Positions 46,332 through 55,317 of a stretch of DNA of 64,000 bases are shown piece by piece. Position numbers and translations under genes: made by a program. The notes under the pieces were generated by a model, which was given only the letters and a program-made list of their open reading frames with translations, did not search any database and was not told the DNA's origin. Source of the stretch: a virus (lineage: Duplodnaviria > Caudoviricetes); IMG/VR virus record IMGVR_UViG_2675903038_000001, positions 23,510 through 87,509 of that record; one strand, 5' to 3'. Position 1 is the first letter of the stretch. Each line of letters begins with the position of its first letter.

Positions 46332-46661
46332 ATGAAATACAGCGTCAATTTTTACAGCGAAACGGTCCGTATTGAAATTGAAAGCTTGCCTAGTACGTTG
46401 GCTGCGCGTTTCATTACTTTGGCGGATAGAATGGAAACCGCTGGGCCGAATCTTGGCGAACCGCATACCAAAGCTTTTGGCGATGGATTGCTCGAATTGC
46501 GCCTGAAAGGCGCGGAAGGCATCGCCCGCGTGTTCTACTGTACGCTGGTTGGCCGCCGTATTGTGATGCTGCACAGCTTCGTCAAGAAGTCGCAGAAAGC
46601 CTCGCCGCGAGATAAGCGGATTGCTGAAACCAGAATGAAGGAGATTAAAAATGGATGCTGA
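46332..46661 (+). CDS. RelE/HigB-family (Gp49-like) toxin
   Basis: GPNLGEPHTKAFGDGLLELR...ARVFYC...MLHSFVKKSQK; upstream palindrome AATAAC...GTTATT. Confidence 0.9.
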   Translation: MKYSVNFYSETVRIEIESLPSTLAARFITLADRMETAGPNLGEPHTKAFGDGLLELRLKGAEGIARVFYCTLVGRRIVMLHSFVKKSQKASPRDKRIAETRMKEIKNGC

Positions 46662-46962
46662 GCGTACCCCACCCACCATGACATATGCCGAGATGAAAGA
46701 GAAAATGCTGTCCGACCCCGCTGTGCGTGCCGAATATGAGCGCATTGAGCGCGAAGAAATGCCGATGCTCGACGCTATTCTCAAAGCACGTAAAGAAGCG
46801 GGATTGACCCAGGCCCAGGTAGCTGAACGCATGGGTACTAAAGCGACCGCAGTAGCCCGGCTGGAAAATGCGCTGATCACCGGCAAGCCATCCCCTTCAT
46901 TGAATACGCTACGTAAATACGCGGCAGCACTCGGAAAAAATCTCGAAGTGCGTTTTTCTTGA
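46651..46962 (+). CDS. HigA-like XRE HTH antitoxin
   Basis: ARKEAGLTQAQVAERMGTKATAVARLE...PSLNTLRKYAAALG. Confidence 0.9.
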   Translation: MDAERTPPTMTYAEMKEKMLSDPAVRAEYERIEREEMPMLDAILKARKEAGLTQAQVAERMGTKATAVARLENALITGKPSPSLNTLRKYAAALGKNLEVRFS

Positions 46963-46966
46963 GAAT

Positions 46967-47004
46967 TTGACATCCTCCCCCGCCTAAAGGTAGGGGATTC
47001 CTAC
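46967..47004 (+). mobile_element. IS200/IS605-family end remnant
   Basis: TTGACATCCTCCCCCGCCTAAAGGTAGGGGATTCCTAC hairpin; partial copy at 58760-58779. Confidence 0.55.
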
Positions 47005-47048
47005 AGCGCCTGATTTAACATGCTGGTTAAATCTAATCCATTGAAAAC

Positions 47049-47282
47049 CTAAAAAGTACTTTTATATTCATCGGGTTTGTTCTCGTGAGCAAGAGCATCA
47101 GCAAATGCTAAAAGGAATTTTTTTGCTCGCGTATTATCTGCTGGATACGATTCAGCTTTGCTCTTGAGCATATCTATAACTTTATTCAATTCTATTTGGT
47201 AGGGTTGGCTGCTTGCGTATGAGTCTCCATAAAATTGGAGAATGGCGAATGCTTCTTTTGCTATTTCATAGTGATGTTTCAA
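47049..47282 (-). CDS. Hypothetical protein
   Basis: 77 aa, GGAGG RBS, AT-rich. Confidence 0.6.
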   Translation of the reverse strand: MKHHYEIAKEAFAILQFYGDSYASSQPYQIELNKVIDMLKSKAESYPADNTRAKKFLLAFADALAHENKPDEYKSTF

Positions 47283-47352
47283 ATTTATACCTCCTGTTAT
47301 ATTAATAAGTTAATGATACTACCATGACCATCGCGTGTAATAGTATAAGGGA

Positions 47353-47368
47353 GTCGTGATGCTAATTT
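47353..47368 (+). promoter_or_regulatory. Putative late promoter, leaderless
   Basis: GTCGTGA-TGC-TAATTT-ACCTGC-ATG(47375). Confidence 0.7.
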
Positions 47369-47374
47369 ACCTGC

Positions 47375-48520
47375 ATGCTCACGATCCAGACACAGCCACC
47401 AAAATCACAGAAAGCAGGGGACAGGCCAATTTCTTTTATCTTGGCCGGATACCACAGAAGTGAGATTCAAGAGTACAAATTTGTCATTCGTCCCGAAGAA
47501 CTGACAAGGGTTGATCCTTCGCGCGTAACGGTTCATCAGACACTTGGCGGAGAATCGCTGGGCTGGGCGGACAGCTTCGGGAAGGGATTGCCTACCATCA
47601 ATATATCGGGTAATACCGGTTGGCGGGTCAAACATGATTCCGGTGACGGATTAGACCGGATGATCAAGCTCAAAGCGCAGATTGATGCATGGCATGAAAT
47701 TCGGCAGCAGCGGATCAATGCAGGATCGAACCCGGATGAAACAAAACTGATATTCGTTGACACCCTAGATCAGTTTGCGGTTCATGTCGTACCGATTCAA
47801 TTTGTATTGCGTCGCAGCAAATCAAGGCCACTGCTCGCACAGTTCAATATCTCGATGGCGGTAATCAGCCCGGATATCGATTCATCGCCATTTTTACCAG
47901 CACCGGTTAAACCCAACATGCCATCGGTCATAGACGGTTTTCTCGGGGCAATCGGGCGCATTACCAAATTCCTGAATGATACGGCGAAGTGGATAGATAA
48001 GAATATTCTCGGCCCAGTTAAAGCGTTTGCGGAAATGACGCGCAAGATCATGAATGCAGTCATTGGCATGATCCGCTCCGGCGTCAATGTGGTTGCTAGA
48101 GTTATCTTGACGGCGCGAGAGATTGCGCAAGCAGGAATGAATATCGCGCGATCCATATCGGCAATACTAGACCTGCCATCGCTTGCAAAACAGCAATTAT
48201 CCAAAGTGGCAACGGAATACTCGTCTATTTTCTGCCTGACACGCAACGCGCTAGGGATCACACCCTATTATGACGATTACTCTTCGGTATACGGCGCATC
48301 AAATTGCTCGTCTACGGCAGGCGGACGACCGCCCAGCATCTACGCTAATACTAATACCTTCGCAGCTATTACACCTGAAACCGATTCGACAGTGACGGTA
48401 TCCAGCGCTGCCCAATCGAGCCTTGCTGCCCTGACAAGAACCGATCCGGTCTTATCGCCCATGTCGCAAAGTGAATTGCTTGCGCACACTAACAATGTTG
48501 TTGCTGGGGTGGCGATCTGA
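47375..48520 (+). CDS. Baseplate / tail tube initiator protein
   Basis: RPEEL...QTLGG...GLPTINISGNTG, RSKSRPLL. Confidence 0.68.
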   Translation: MLTIQTQPPKSQKAGDRPISFILAGYHRSEIQEYKFVIRPEELTRVDPSRVTVHQTLGGESLGWADSFGKGLPTINISGNTGWRVKHDSGDGLDRMIKLKAQIDAWHEIRQQRINAGSNPDETKLIFVDTLDQFAVHVVPIQFVLRRSKSRPLLAQFNISMAVISPDIDSSPFLPAPVKPNMPSVIDGFLGAIGRITKFLNDTAKWIDKNILGPVKAFAEMTRKIMNAVIGMIRSGVNVVARVILTAREIAQAGMNIARSISAILDLPSLAKQQLSKVATEYSSIFCLTRNALGITPYYDDYSSVYGASNCSSTAGGRPPSIYANTNTFAAITPETDSTVTVSSAAQSSLAALTRTDPVLSPMSQSELLAHTNNVVAGVAI

Positions 48521-49137
48521 TGGCGCCGCCAAGAATACAGATACCTGCGTACAGAATCACCGAGACATTCCATGGCGATACGATCCAGGCAATTGCTTTT
48601 CGTGAACTGGGTGATGCTAATCGCTGGCCCGATCTGGTTGCGCTGAATGAATTAAGACCGCCATTCATCACCAGCGATCCTGATCTGGTTGTTCCAGGAG
48701 TTTTACTAGCTGGCAATCCAATCAAGGTGCTTGCTCCAAGTCCGTTTGTGCCTGCAACACGGTCTCCCGATGATGCATTTCTTAGGGACGTGGCTCTCAA
48801 TAATAAATTGCTCGAAGCAACCGAAGGGGGCGATTTCGCCATGGCGTCTGGCGTTCCCAATCTTAGGCAGGCATTGAATCACGCCATGATTACTGAAAAA
48901 GGTAATCTCCCATTTCACCCCAGATATGGCTCGATGATTCCGAGGATCATCGGTGAAGTCAGCTCGCCGGTATCCGCGATCATGGCGGCTGAGTACGCAA
49001 AATCGGTGGTTGCGGCTGATGAACGAATATCGCGCGTCATTCAATCCAAAGCGGAAGCGGTAGGGGACAAAATCAGGGTTGAGGTGAATGCCGAGACAAT
49101 CCATGGCAGACCGGTCAATTTGGAGGTGGTGATTTAA
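48520..49137 (+). CDS. LysM-like plus gp25-like baseplate wedge protein
   Basis: GDTIQAIAFRELGDANRW; GVPNLRQAL...GNLPFHPRYGS. Confidence 0.8.
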   Translation: MAPPRIQIPAYRITETFHGDTIQAIAFRELGDANRWPDLVALNELRPPFITSDPDLVVPGVLLAGNPIKVLAPSPFVPATRSPDDAFLRDVALNNKLLEATEGGDFAMASGVPNLRQALNHAMITEKGNLPFHPRYGSMIPRIIGEVSSPVSAIMAAEYAKSVVAADERISRVIQSKAEAVGDKIRVEVNAETIHGRPVNLEVVI

Positions 49138-49138
49138 T

Positions 49139-50233
49139 ATGTTCCAAATTAAGGATTTCCGTTCCTGTGTTGCATCCATGATCAACTGGATGAAGGCGAC
49201 GCAGGAGAAAATCACCGATTTCAATGTCGGCTCGGTTGCCAGGACGTTGGTTGAGGCGCCAGCCGTCGAGATCGAAGAGCTTTATCAACAGTTTTTTATC
49301 GGTCTGAGAGAGGCTATCCCTGTTGCTCTTTTCCGGGCATTTAATTTTGAGAGACTTCCTGCTGCACTTGCAGTCGGTACCGTAACCGTTACGCAGGGTA
49401 CAGCAAGAAGCAGCGATCTTTTGATTCCCGAGGGAACCGTTTTTCTAACGATTGATGGGCGTGAGTACAAAAGCGTTCAGGATGTTACTTGGCTGACAGG
49501 TACGACATTCGTGCAAATACAGGTTGAAGCATCTTTGCTTGGTATGCTGGGTAACACCTCTGCAGGAACCATTGTCCAATCGTCATTTTTCGATAGCAAT
49601 GTGGTTATCAGCAACCTGCCAATTAATAACGGCAGGGATGATGAGACCGAGGAAGAGCGCAAAATCCGTTTTTCCGATTTCATCCTGTCGCTATCTCGCG
49701 GCACCTTGGCGGCTATCAAATTTGCGGTTGCTTCTGCTGTAGTCAAATCTGAGCTAGGTGAAACAATAGAGTATGTTGCCCGAATTGGTATTGAGGAGGA
49801 AATCGGGCACGTTGACATTCACATTTATGGGTCCGGTGGAATTGCTAGTGATGCGCTAGTCACTCAAGCGCAAATGCTAGTGGATGGTTATGAACTGGAA
49901 GACGGAACGAAAATACCAGGTTACCGTTCAGCAGGCATTCGCGTGACGGTCATGAAGATGACCGAACAGACCATCAATGTGACGATGAATGTCAGCCTGT
50001 TCCCTGGTTACTCTCTCACAACGGCTCTTATCAATGAAATCAAGGCAAGGATAGAAACAGAATTCGATAGCATTGAATCCGGTAGCGTGCTTTACATGAA
50101 AAGCCTGACTGATGCAGCCTTAAGTGTAGCTGGCATCAAAGATATCTTTGTCTCAAATGAGTCAAATATCATTTGCGGCAATGATGAGGTGCTGCGTTTA
50201 GGTGATTTTACTGTCATTGAAGTCAATGTTTGA
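49139..50233 (+). CDS. Baseplate J-like wedge protein
   Basis: ITDFNVGSVARTLVEA, GRDDETEEERK...LSRGT. Confidence 0.88.
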   Translation: MFQIKDFRSCVASMINWMKATQEKITDFNVGSVARTLVEAPAVEIEELYQQFFIGLREAIPVALFRAFNFERLPAALAVGTVTVTQGTARSSDLLIPEGTVFLTIDGREYKSVQDVTWLTGTTFVQIQVEASLLGMLGNTSAGTIVQSSFFDSNVVISNLPINNGRDDETEEERKIRFSDFILSLSRGTLAAIKFAVASAVVKSELGETIEYVARIGIEEEIGHVDIHIYGSGGIASDALVTQAQMLVDGYELEDGTKIPGYRSAGIRVTVMKMTEQTINVTMNVSLFPGYSLTTALINEIKARIETEFDSIESGSVLYMKSLTDAALSVAGIKDIFVSNESNIICGNDEVLRLGDFTVIEVNV

Positions 50234-52829
50234 CCGCCTGCTTAAATCGCTTCATTCGCCGTTCGATAAATCGCCTCATGCGAAAATTGCGTTGCGTGTC
50301 CAGCATCCCGATATTTTCAGATGGACTGTTAATAATCGTGTGTTATCGGTTGGTACGGAGGCATCGGAAAACACAACTGATTTCAATCTTGCCTCCTTAA
50401 CGCTTAATGAATTAGCTGATGCGCTGACAAATTCTGGCTTCCAGGTTGTTTATCAGGATTCCGAGCTCTCAAGTCGCTCGTCTGCAATCCTGTTGTCTGG
50501 TTCCGGCAGTCAATCTCAATCCAATGGCGATGCGCTGAGAGTCTATGAGAGCCTGCTTTGGTCTTTGATGGATTCTTACGCGACTGAGCTTGAAATTGCT
50601 GCTGGCAGCATTGATCAAGCCTTGCTCCAGATGTACCTTGATACCGCGCAAAGTGAATGGCTGGATTACTGGGGTGAATATTTCGGCTTTCCACGCGAAG
50701 GACGAACCGATGCGGAATATAGCGCATACATCATCGAGGAGGTGCTCAGGCCGAGAAACAATGCGTTTGCTATCGAAGATACCATCAAGCGATTGACGCA
50801 AGAAAATGTGCATATCTACGAGCCCTGGAAAGATATTTTTGTTCTGAGTGGATCGAAGCTGAATGACCGTTATCATCTACATGGAGCGCACTATTACACG
50901 TTCGCAACCATACAGCCGGTTGGTAATGCAGGCATAAATTGGGGCAAGGTTATTCCGCTGATAAAACGCAACAAGGCTGGTGGCATTATGCTCGCGGAAG
51001 CCAGACCGCTTGTTCCCCCCGCTTATATTGACGCAGGTGTTATAGATAGCATCGTGAGTGCATCCGAAACACGCGTCCGTGTTGCCAGAATTAAACTTGA
51101 GATGGACTCGCCCTTGAGTGCGTATCGCCTCGATTTTGATACATATATCAAGAACTATCCCTTCATGGCCTACGGGCTGATGACGTTGGCAAGTGAAAAG
51201 TTGGCTTATGTGGCCGATATTCCCAACCCTAGAACTATCGCCAAGGCATCAATATGCCTATCGGATTCCTGGTCTCTCGGTAATACTAATTCGGTATTTG
51301 GTCGTGGCAGGATAATCCGGATCATGCCTGGAATGACGTTATCTGGCGGCGCAACTGAAGACGATGATTTGAGGCTTTCCGATGGTGTCGTAACGATTAT
51401 TTATGAACAAGTAGAAGAGATCATTGATGACCGGAGGGTAAGGTGGATTGAGTTGTTGGCCGAGGCTTTTGCGCTCTCTACTGAAATGACGCAAACCGGT
51501 TATGCTTTTTTACCAATTACTAATAACCCTGCATCTATAGACATTCTTTATACGGGGTTGGTTGAGCTTCCTGAGACCATGTTTATGTTCTCTGCCGAAA
51601 TGATCCAAACCGGTTATGCTTTTTTACCAATTACTAATAATCCTGCATCTATAGATATTCTTTACGCAGTATTGATAGATTCTGGTCATGATGCCGATAG
51701 AAGGTGGGTTGGAAAGTGGGACAGTTCCACATGGGTGGAGGGTGTGGATGAGCTCTTGATTACGACGCAGCTGACGGTTATTGGTGATATGGGCCTGTTT
51801 GTTAACAATGAGCAAGGTTTTTGGTACGACCCGTCTGATTTTTCCACGATGTTCCAAGATTCTGCTGGAACGATTCCTGTAACGTCAGTGGGGCAGTCGG
51901 TTGGGCGAATACTCGATAAATCCGGTAATGGAAACCACGCAACTCAAGCCACAACGTCCAAAAAACCGATACTAAAGCGTATGCCGACAAGTGGTATCAG
52001 GAATCTAGTGCCTTATTCTGGGGATTTCTTTATTCCAGTAGCAAATGGAGGTGGATGGAATACTACTGCTAGCTGGAGTCAAGTGGAGGTCAATCCTCTT
52101 CATGCCGGTGATAAGGCATACCAAGTTACCAATGATGGTGTGTCATCAAGTAGGAATTTTAATGCATCGCTTGGAGTTTCAACAGGTACGCAAGATACTT
52201 TATCAGTAATAGTTGAAGTTGATCCTAATGCTCCTGAGTCGAATAAGCATGTATCGATAGGAATATATTCATCCACAACATCGTCATTCTACGCTAGAAC
52301 TAACTATTTTTATCCTAGTAATGCTGTAGTAAGTGTTGCTGGTTCTGGATATGCAGAAATACTTTCGGAAAATGGGCCAAATGGTGGGAGGGTAGTAAGA
52401 ATAGTTTGTTCTGGAATAACTCCTGTTGGATATAACCGCTCGCGATACGTTTACCCGACTGGAACCGATCAAAACACTAGACAAATTATCATACATTCGG
52501 CTCAGTATGAGATCGGTATAGAGGCTGCAACTGCATACCAGCAAACATTCGGTAATTATGATGTTTATGAGGCTGGATATAACCAAGTCTATTGGCTTGA
52601 TTACGACGACGTTGATGATGCATTGGTTTCCACCAATCCAGACTTAGGTACGAATGCCACCCGAGCTAGGGCGACGATTGGCGGCGCAGTAATTGAACAA
52701 GGGTTGACGCTCGGTGCAAATCTCAACCTATCAACAGACAATCTAGGATTGATAGTAATAAATCGACCTCTGACCCAAGACGAACTGTCCGCTTTAACAT
52801 CATACTTAAACAGCATCGTAGGTTCTTGA
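50226..52829 (+). CDS. Baseplate wedge (gpI-like) fused to a lectin-like fibre module
   Basis: AQSEWLDYWGEYFGFPR; C-terminal ~340 aa paralogous to 31984-33024. Confidence 0.78.
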   Translation: MFDRLLKSLHSPFDKSPHAKIALRVQHPDIFRWTVNNRVLSVGTEASENTTDFNLASLTLNELADALTNSGFQVVYQDSELSSRSSAILLSGSGSQSQSNGDALRVYESLLWSLMDSYATELEIAAGSIDQALLQMYLDTAQSEWLDYWGEYFGFPREGRTDAEYSAYIIEEVLRPRNNAFAIEDTIKRLTQENVHIYEPWKDIFVLSGSKLNDRYHLHGAHYYTFATIQPVGNAGINWGKVIPLIKRNKAGGIMLAEARPLVPPAYIDAGVIDSIVSASETRVRVARIKLEMDSPLSAYRLDFDTYIKNYPFMAYGLMTLASEKLAYVADIPNPRTIAKASICLSDSWSLGNTNSVFGRGRIIRIMPGMTLSGGATEDDDLRLSDGVVTIIYEQVEEIIDDRRVRWIELLAEAFALSTEMTQTGYAFLPITNNPASIDILYTGLVELPETMFMFSAEMIQTGYAFLPITNNPASIDILYAVLIDSGHDADRRWVGKWDSSTWVEGVDELLITTQLTVIGDMGLFVNNEQGFWYDPSDFSTMFQDSAGTIPVTSVGQSVGRILDKSGNGNHATQATTSKKPILKRMPTSGIRNLVPYSGDFFIPVANGGGWNTTASWSQVEVNPLHAGDKAYQVTNDGVSSSRNFNASLGVSTGTQDTLSVIVEVDPNAPESNKHVSIGIYSSTTSSFYARTNYFYPSNAVVSVAGSGYAEILSENGPNGGRVVRIVCSGITPVGYNRSRYVYPTGTDQNTRQIIIHSAQYEIGIEAATAYQQTFGNYDVYEAGYNQVYWLDYDDVDDALVSTNPDLGTNATRARATIGGAVIEQGLTLGANLNLSTDNLGLIVINRPLTQDELSALTSYLNSIVGS
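51474..51667 (+). repeat. In-frame tandem duplication (114-bp period)
   Basis: EM.QTGYAFLPITNNPASIDILY occurs twice. Confidence 0.88.
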
Positions 52830-52833
52830 TCAA

Positions 52834-52849
52834 GTCGTGATTGTACGCT
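52834..52849 (+). promoter_or_regulatory. Putative late promoter
   Basis: GTCGTGA-TTG-TACGCT upstream of 52879. Confidence 0.65.
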
Positions 52850-52878
52850 TAACGAAACAATTAATGGAGTTTCGTTGA

Positions 52879-53361
52879 ATGGCAATTCTGACACTTTCTG
52901 GTCGAGCCGCTATGGCGATAGCGATCAAGGCGCAGCCAATACATCTGGCGTGGGGTTCCGGCGATACGGCATGGGATGCAGCTCCAGTTGTTGAAACCGT
53001 GGATCAGATAGAGTTGATAGCTGAAGTAGGCCGTCGTGCTGCAACTTCCGTGAAATTCTGCGTTCCTGATGAAGCAGGAGAAATCATTGTTCCCACTGGG
53101 CGTTTCACTGAAGTGACGGAGCCATCTAATCATCTCTACATGAAATTCAACTTTGATTTTGCTGATTCTCCCAGTGCAGAAATCCGTGAGGCTGGCGTTT
53201 TTACCGGCACCCAAGTGATCGCCGGGCTTCCGGTAGGGCAAACATATTTTATTCCGTCTGAGATACAAGCCCCTGGGATCCTGCTGGCACTGGAGAGATT
53301 CCCAAAATTTTCCCGATCATCCGCTGTTCGTCAGTCATTTGAATTTGTAATTACTATTTGA
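52879..53361 (+). CDS. Baseplate protein
   Basis: MAILTLSGR...HLAWG, IREAGVF, RQSFEFVI. Confidence 0.72.
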   Translation: MAILTLSGRAAMAIAIKAQPIHLAWGSGDTAWDAAPVVETVDQIELIAEVGRRAATSVKFCVPDEAGEIIVPTGRFTEVTEPSNHLYMKFNFDFADSPSAEIREAGVFTGTQVIAGLPVGQTYFIPSEIQAPGILLALERFPKFSRSSAVRQSFEFVITI

Positions 53362-53373
53362 GGCTAATCAACC

Positions 53374-55308
53374 ATGATAGATGGCTATTACAATCGATTT
53401 GATCCGGCGAAAAAATACGAAAAACACCTTTTCCGCGCGGGTTATGTCCTGCAATCATCGGAGTTAAATGAGGTTCAGTCATACGCGGAGGATCGTGTTC
53501 GCGGCGTTGCCGATGCTCTGTTCAAGGATGGCGATGTTGTTCGTGATGCGCAGATTATCGTGAACAGCGCTACCGGTGAGGTGCAGTGTCAGTCCGGTGC
53601 AATTTATCTGATCGGTGCAGTGCGTGGGATTCCATCCAAAACCATGACCATCCCGACTACCGGCGTGGTATCGGTCGGAATACGTCTGGTTGAAACTGTC
53701 ATCACCGAGTTGGATGATCCGGCATTGCGCGATCCAGCCATTGATGTCCGCAATTACCAGGAGGCTGGTGCTGCCAGATTGAAGGTTGAAGCTATCTGGA
53801 GTTTCCAGGGTGATGGTGCGACGGGGGAGTTTTACCCGGTTTATACCGTTGAAGATGGCCAGCTGCGCGCCAAGGAAACGCCTCCTAATCTGGATGCCGT
53901 TACGCAGTCTCTTGCTCGCTATGATCGCGATTCCGCCGGTGGCACCTATGTTGTTTCCGGTTTGACTGTCCAGGCGATGGATGATCTTGGAACCGGAGAG
54001 CAGGTTTATTCGGTCGGTGAAGGTCGTGCTCGTGTCTATGGATATGGTGTAGAGCTAAAAACCTCCCGGCGTGAAGTGTATCCAGTCATCCCGGATTTGC
54101 GTAATATCATTTCCGAGCCGCACACCAGCACGACGGTGAGTGCTCAGCGCGTCGATACCGGCAGAACTCCAATTGAGAACATCGCTAGCGTACAAATTAC
54201 GGCGGAAAAGACCGTCACTCTGACCCATGGCGGTTTTGTTGGCGCACAAGACCCGCTGCCTGACACATCGGTTCTGTCGCTTCTGGAAGTGAAGCAGGGA
54301 GGGACTACGTATCTTGCTGGCACTGACTATAAGCTGGCAAACGGAAAGGTTGACTGGTCTCTTGGCGGCGCTGAGCCTGCTCCCGGATCAACCTATACAG
54401 TTAAGTATCAATATATTTCCGAAGTTACTCCTACCGCAATAGACGATACTGGTTTTACAGTAGAAGGGGCGGTGGTAGGCAGTCTCATTCTGGTGACTTA
54501 TAGCCAGAAACTACCGCGTTATGACAGAATCGCATTAAATGCCGATGGCGATATTGTATGGTTCAAAGGCGTATCGGCAGAATGGAATCCACAGATTCCG
54601 GCGGTTCCTGATAATGTTCTGCCGTTGGCCACAGTCTACCAAGACTGGAGTGCCACGCGGCACGTAGAGAATGATGGTGTGCGCGTCGTGCCCATGTCTG
54701 ACTTGTCTGCGATCAATAGCCGTATCGACTATATGCTAGGCTTGATTGCCCAGCAACGTCTGGAGGGGAGCGCAAGCTTGACCGAAGCCGGTCAGAAGAA
54801 AGGTCTCTTTGTCGATCCATTCCTGGATGACTCGCTACGGGACGCGGGTATCGCCCAAACATGCGCAATTTTCTCGGGTGAGCTGACCCTGCCGGTGACA
54901 ATCGATCAGGTCAGCTTGATGCCGTCTGATGTATCTTCTCCCACGTCAATGACAAACAATCTATCGACCGTGCTTGAGCAATCAGCTCGCACCGGCACGA
55001 TGAAGGTCAACCCCTACATGGCATTCGAGCCGCTACCTGCCAGTGTCCGCCTTACTCCGGCTATCGACAACTGGACAGTTACAAGTACCTCCTGGGCATC
55101 CTCCATCACTCAACGAATTGTGGTTGGGAGCGGCATAAACTCAAGAGTCGGTATAGCCACGAGTGTACAAACGCTGTCCAGATCAAGCCGACCGGCTGAA
55201 TTTCTACGTCAGATAGATATTAATTTCACAATCTCAGGATTTGGCCAGAACGAAGTGCTTTCCAGCGTTACATTCGATGGTGTCGCTGTTACCCCTGTTG
55301 CGTCATAA
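53374..55308 (+). CDS. Baseplate / fibre attachment protein (DUF4815-like)
   Basis: YYNRFD...LFRAGYVLQSSELNEVQ, LARYDRDSAGGTYVVSG, GLFVDPF. Confidence 0.78.
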   Translation: MIDGYYNRFDPAKKYEKHLFRAGYVLQSSELNEVQSYAEDRVRGVADALFKDGDVVRDAQIIVNSATGEVQCQSGAIYLIGAVRGIPSKTMTIPTTGVVSVGIRLVETVITELDDPALRDPAIDVRNYQEAGAARLKVEAIWSFQGDGATGEFYPVYTVEDGQLRAKETPPNLDAVTQSLARYDRDSAGGTYVVSGLTVQAMDDLGTGEQVYSVGEGRARVYGYGVELKTSRREVYPVIPDLRNIISEPHTSTTVSAQRVDTGRTPIENIASVQITAEKTVTLTHGGFVGAQDPLPDTSVLSLLEVKQGGTTYLAGTDYKLANGKVDWSLGGAEPAPGSTYTVKYQYISEVTPTAIDDTGFTVEGAVVGSLILVTYSQKLPRYDRIALNADGDIVWFKGVSAEWNPQIPAVPDNVLPLATVYQDWSATRHVENDGVRVVPMSDLSAINSRIDYMLGLIAQQRLEGSASLTEAGQKKGLFVDPFLDDSLRDAGIAQTCAIFSGELTLPVTIDQVSLMPSDVSSPTSMTNNLSTVLEQSARTGTMKVNPYMAFEPLPASVRLTPAIDNWTVTSTSWASSITQRIVVGSGINSRVGIATSVQTLSRSSRPAEFLRQIDINFTISGFGQNEVLSSVTFDGVAVTPVAS

Positions 55309-55317
55309 GGAAAAAAA

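Noticed and set aside
32050-52740. Diversity-generating retroelement (TR/VR pair)
   Set aside because: Both copies are coding, differences are not confined to adenines, and there is no reverse transcriptase in the window
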